Positions 61,101 to 64,000 of a DNA stretch of 64,000 nt are shown piece by piece. This DNA is from Monocercomonoides exilis PA203 (taxonomy: Eukaryota; Protista; Preaxostyla), in NCBI GenBank assembly GCA_001643675.2, contig LSRY02000044.1, positions 186,001 to 250,000 of the forward strand, given 5' to 3'. The position numbers were made by a program, and so were the translations under genes. The notes under the pieces are model-generated. The model made no database searches. It was not told the origin of the DNA and saw only the letters and a program-made list of their open reading frames with translations. How positions within the stretch are numbered: position 1 is the first letter of the stretch; each line of letters opens with the position of its first letter.

Positions 61101-64000
61101 CAACGGTTTCTCATTCGCTTGTTGAAATTATTGAATGTGGACAATTAAACATGGAAAAGTTTCATTCAGAAAATATCACGGTTGATGGAAATGAAGAATC
61201 ATTAATATCGTGCCTGTCAATGAAAAAGACAATTCAGTTAGCAAATTGCACAATAGGTGGAGTCAGTTCAAAGACTACAAAAGGAAAATTGATGAAATTG
61301 GAGGATTGTTTGGATGTGAAAATGGACAGTTGCATTTTTGATGGAAGCTCAAAGGAAAGAAATGAAAAGAATTCAAATACAGAAGAAGAGATGTGCAGAT
61401 GGTCTGGATCTCTTGTTGATGTTGTGAAGAGTTCTTTAATTATGAAAGTTTCAACATTATCAAATTCACCAGATGGTGGAGTCACAATGAGTGGGGGAAA
61501 TGTGATAATTGAGAAAGGAGAGTTTATGAACAACAATCCTTTCATTGAAAAATATCCATCATCGAGAAGAAACATCATCTGTTCAGATTTTGGAAAATTG
61601 AATGTGATGAGTTTGAAAGGAGGGGATGGATTGAAGGATAACTCCTCACTTTGGATGTTGAATGAAGGATGCAGTTTTGAGGGGATTGTTTCAGAGAGGG
61701 ATTCATCATTCTTCATTCCAGTTCTGGAGAGTGTGGAAGCAAAAGAAGAGGCAGATAGAATGAAGCTGATATTCAAAGGAATGCTTCTTGTTCCATGCAA
61801 CCTGTCATTCTCAGTTGTGAAGAGAAAGGGAGAAGAGAAAAAAATTGAAAAGCATGATTTTGATTCAAATGGATTTTTATCGGAAAGAGAAGCAGAAGGG
61901 AGTGTGGCAAAGGATCTCATGAACAGTTGTGGAAATGAAATCGAGGTGAGTGTGCATATTTTGTTTGGGAATGCAGAGCCTCCTACATCAACAAATTCAT
62001 TCATTCTGAAGAATGCAAGTGAAGCAAAGGCAAATGGAGATGAAAGGATTGCTGAGGGAGGAAAAGAAGGGAAATCTTATTGGTTGTTGATTGTGATTGT
62101 GCTTGTTGTAATTCTACTGATTGTTCTGATTGTATCTATTGTTCTGGCTGTTCGATGGAGAAAAGCGAAAAATGAAGCAAAAGATCTGAGAGAGATTGTG
62201 AATGACAACATCAAGAAGGATCCGAAGGCATTTGAGATGGTGACGATGGAGATGTCACCAGAGGCGCAGTGGAGGAGAGAAGAGATGAATAATGAAGAGA
62301 ACGCAAAGAAGAGGGTGTATGAAAAGAAGATGGTGCATTCGGAGTCAGAAGAGTATTTGTTGGCTGAGAGTGGATCGACAGAATATATTCTTGGAAAGGA
62401 TTCAGGCAAGATTCCTGAATGGGCATTGGAGAAAGAAGAAGAAGAAGAGATAAAAAAGAGAACACCATCACCTTCAATCTCATCCACAGACACAAACACA
62501 ACATTTGTGAGGATGGATGATCTGTGTCCGACCACCTCATCGATATCGAATCTGGTGGATGCAATAGCATGCTCATCACCACATGAGAAGCTGATTGTGG
62601 ACTTGAGCGATTCATTGTTCATGCTGTTGCATGGAAGGAACAAGACAAAGGAGATGGCAATTGGAACGCTTCAAGAGAGGGAGCAAACAGCTGCCCAAAT
62701 CCTGTTCTGGGTGGCTAATCTCGCTCTCCATTCATTTGACGAAATGGAAGTTCCACTTTCCTCTCTTTCCAGTCTTAGTCCGCACATTGTTCTGTTCTCG
62801 GAACACATGGTGATCTGCATTGTGATGCACTCCGGCTGCTCGTCAGATGATGATTCAGATTCATCATCCATCTCTTCATCAACAGTTGTGACATCTGCCA
62901 GTGATGATGATGATGACAGTGACTCACTGCCCTCATCGGCTTTTGAGGATGAAGATGATTACAAAAAAGAGTGTCTGAGATGGAAGGCACCAGAACTGCA
63001 GATGAAGAGGAAGATGGGAGCAACGAAGGAGTCGGTTGTGTTTTCGATTGGGATGATGCTGTGGGAGTGCTTGACACTGGAGATTCCGTTTGGGGAGTAT
63101 GAGGCAGCGATTGCAGGAGATAAAATCGTGAATGGAGAGAGGCCGAGGATGGGGGAAGAGCAGTCGAGCCTTGAAGAGGTGGTGAAGGGGTGTCTGTCGG
63201 GTGAGGCAGGGCTGCGGCCGACATTGGGAGATTTGAAGCGGGAGTTTCTTGGGCACTTTCCGAAAGAGGCGCTGATCATGACAGTTTCGGATGCAGTTGC
63301 GATTCAGTCGTTGATGTATTGCGAAGCAAATGAACAGGAAAATGAGGGAGAGGATAATAATGATAATGATGAAGTTGGTGAAGTTGGTGAAGTTGGTGAA
63401 GTTGATGAGGATGGTGAAGATGAGGGAAGCACCAGCAGCAGTTGCAGTTTGAAATAGTTTGGAAGGGGAATGAAGGCGAGCAGAAAGAGGAAATGAAAGA
63501 AATATGGATGAATAAATATGGATGAGGTTGCTTTGAATAAGTGTTTTGTTTGTGGAATGGAAATATCAGGGCAGCTGCATTACCAGTGGCTGCTTTGTGG
63601 AATTGAAGAAAGTCAGATTTTTGTTTTAAAAAAAAATTTATTTTATTATTTTGAGAATGTGTTTTGATTTGTGGGAAAGCCTCAAATGAATATTTGTTTT
63701 TATTTTGTTTGTTTTATTTCACTAGATTTTGTCATTCACCAAAACAACTGTTTGCGTTTGTCTTTTTTTTCGTTTTTAAGCATTTGTGATTGTGTTTCCC
63801 TTTTTGATTGTTAACAGACATGAGTATTTATTTTCTGTTGTGTCTCATATATTTATTGTTTTGATTGATTTTCCAACACCTTTTTCGAATGTTTTGATAA
63901 ATAGGTTTTTGTTGAATCACCATTCTTATTTTTCGATTGTTAATCCGATATGTATTTGCAGTCATCTTCTTGTGTAGCTCAAACCATTTTTGTTATTTTT
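55195..64000 (+). repeat. Right unit of the inverted duplication; runs off the window
   Basis: Reverse-complement homology to 25700-36625. Confidence 0.9.
56453..63457 (+). CDS. Giant single-pass receptor-like protein (2334 aa), paralog of 26265-35360 with three Cys-knuckle modules
   Basis: Uninterrupted ORF with the same signal peptide, beta-helix motifs, TM (YWLLIVIVLVVILLIVLIVSIVLAV) and pseudokinase C-lobe. Confidence 0.92.
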   Translation: MVMLLSGILYCVWIISVGCVCKSATSGGAGFVEESAKEGELGYSEGTWREKAQNNKIGDGHLFDTHIEGKEGGARESSKEERMMKKYTKQWNGRSGKVGKAEKWGFCEEWKMWGKEGMCGGSGVEGSVVGVNSSLKLNSLGLREMGGESVLRASDGSSVDVSGCVIGVERETPPFDLCGSCGLFTNISLRSSSTSTSTSTEQIFPPLFSSKAVEGEIPEKCHISVCSSHFSSFCVSSAPFISSHFVSLSQLEFFNISTNPLKTRQLAEGLGQRVFLMSGCTFSSVWDVYDGGIVPSLNSPSSSLAASNTSFVRCYRTQNVAISGSEGNPSKPARQQITDDGTNSFTWCVWNGSKTTGTGTSYSDGTSNGGAIYMYNKASGTLSVKFCSFNDCYAYCAGGGIFCYSINSVKIENNSFNSCTTKEQDGGGIFIRFISTCVRISGCEFQKCSAKYNGGGLYLYNFNVSGSSCIGTENGKGESACVFECLFTSCSLTNSYGGGMNCYGVPAAFKMRSLQFISCSAVSYGGGMRFYPYQSTPPSNNIYCYFFFFHDCSCNASTPYGHDVYFEDRYNLFSSYNPFYESYTTNSNEKRVYYQYYNGNNWVYQHTEKKDWLKDKTIYVSVNGNDLYEQCGSNESNPCLTVKRAFEVCEIQISLTITLLEGDHKREATTIAIETKKISVIGAGKEKSSIGTGALSSTRELFSVSTGHLGMSHLKVDCNSNANPSSPSVAVVSDGSGSLSLEDVVITTSKTGGYVMSSSVFVVALSQLSMVGVEIKDMNVSKPLFSEPDLSSPSSSLSSSSSTLYLTAITSGESVLANLTIRNVNRTGGDGVVMAKSVKGGETFVVWNTTTKGCECLNGDGGGLKVVLEEASSKILVGDSTSQSGGTTTFKQCKCNECGGGIFLSLMDANAMFELSGNLIFDGNEAEFGKNMFILASDLNKTVTNDSFNFDYSSMKDDNNLFVGSDDFHSNKDLFMFLIPYSSFEIFISSEGFDVARCGSEEEPCFTMWKGMENMEKENGKKTIQIEGSTIIQDSFNVSNYQIKKSVKMGEENVKATLNFEKSIGSQLEYFMVNDIHLELTNIHLQLLTGFDNSAKTIISNKEGALVISGCSFHSEAEVNNGFDCVFVDVIGGSVEVNDLSMELCNVGNSIFVIHDSGITCHFVNVRVESLNESGGCILSIKKSEQGLKINEEGTNIEIEKSSFSGVKRSDDGASILESTSEKKICLVVNSSNITEDKAETSEKGGAIFFTLGASGSMKIIDSTISQCSCTNGRGGGVYLATKERGDLNFTFMGMKFSANTARVGNDIFIECFNITSQINERQFQFDLRENHYSRINAIYGIDSCEHKEDTNLIEFVTIHQSDTIVVSSAVGSNDRQCGTNALPCDSIERGLIHLTSELISQILIVEESVIGEEINLKEMSLSSKSREMCEVEVKSNIGKTREALITTTGTVSLLRVNFVFDSDFISSHESLISPERGILEIMNCSFTAKQLTDGVNEAFAIIPFHIINTAEGELQLDGCAISNLILQKSSIYLSSSLPSVIYLFEISNSTVSHSLVEIIECGQLNMEKFHSENITVDGNEESLISCLSMKKTIQLANCTIGGVSSKTTKGKLMKLEDCLDVKMDSCIFDGSSKERNEKNSNTEEEMCRWSGSLVDVVKSSLIMKVSTLSNSPDGGVTMSGGNVIIEKGEFMNNNPFIEKYPSSRRNIICSDFGKLNVMSLKGGDGLKDNSSLWMLNEGCSFEGIVSERDSSFFIPVLESVEAKEEADRMKLIFKGMLLVPCNLSFSVVKRKGEEKKIEKHDFDSNGFLSEREAEGSVAKDLMNSCGNEIEVSVHILFGNAEPPTSTNSFILKNASEAKANGDERIAEGGKEGKSYWLLIVIVLVVILLIVLIVSIVLAVRWRKAKNEAKDLREIVNDNIKKDPKAFEMVTMEMSPEAQWRREEMNNEENAKKRVYEKKMVHSESEEYLLAESGSTEYILGKDSGKIPEWALEKEEEEEIKKRTPSPSISSTDTNTTFVRMDDLCPTTSSISNLVDAIACSSPHEKLIVDLSDSLFMLLHGRNKTKEMAIGTLQEREQTAAQILFWVANLALHSFDEMEVPLSSLSSLSPHIVLFSEHMVICIVMHSGCSSDDDSDSSSISSSTVVTSASDDDDDSDSLPSSAFEDEDDYKKECLRWKAPELQMKRKMGATKESVVFSIGMMLWECLTLEIPFGEYEAAIAGDKIVNGERPRMGEEQSSLEEVVKGCLSGEAGLRPTLGDLKREFLGHFPKEALIMTVSDAVAIQSLMYCEANEQENEGEDNNDNDEVGEVGEVGEVDEDGEDEGSTSSSCSLK

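Overview
Eukaryotic, AT-rich protist DNA with GT-AG introns, microsatellites and many pseudogenes. The gene style resembles an oxymonad such as Monocercomonoides; this is inference from recalled family features, not a search result. Two giant intronless paralogous receptor genes (26265-35360 minus, 3031 aa; 56453-63457 plus, 2334 aa) point away from each other inside an inverted duplication. Each encodes a signal peptide, a Pmp-like GGG/FxxC beta-helix head, a modular Cys-knuckle stalk, one TM helix and a pseudokinase. Comparing the two genes with an orphan fragment at about 24 kb shows position-specific hypervariability in the head domain, whole-module indels in the stalk and patchwork identity. 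Together these suggest a recombining variable-receptor repertoire, the best candidate for an undescribed system here. Between the paralogs lie a two-exon ABCC/MRP transporter with large insertions and a three-exon Ska1/Ska3-like kinetochore gene that the ORF track splits into pieces. There are also four inverted-repeat structures: a nested 402-bp palindrome, a 2.2-kb TA-flanked foldback element, a 166-bp repeat pair enclosing a receptor fragment, and a 4.2-kb GGGTGA...TCACCC element with an ATCT target duplication. No transposase, RNA gene or CRISPR array was recognised. All alignments were done by eye.
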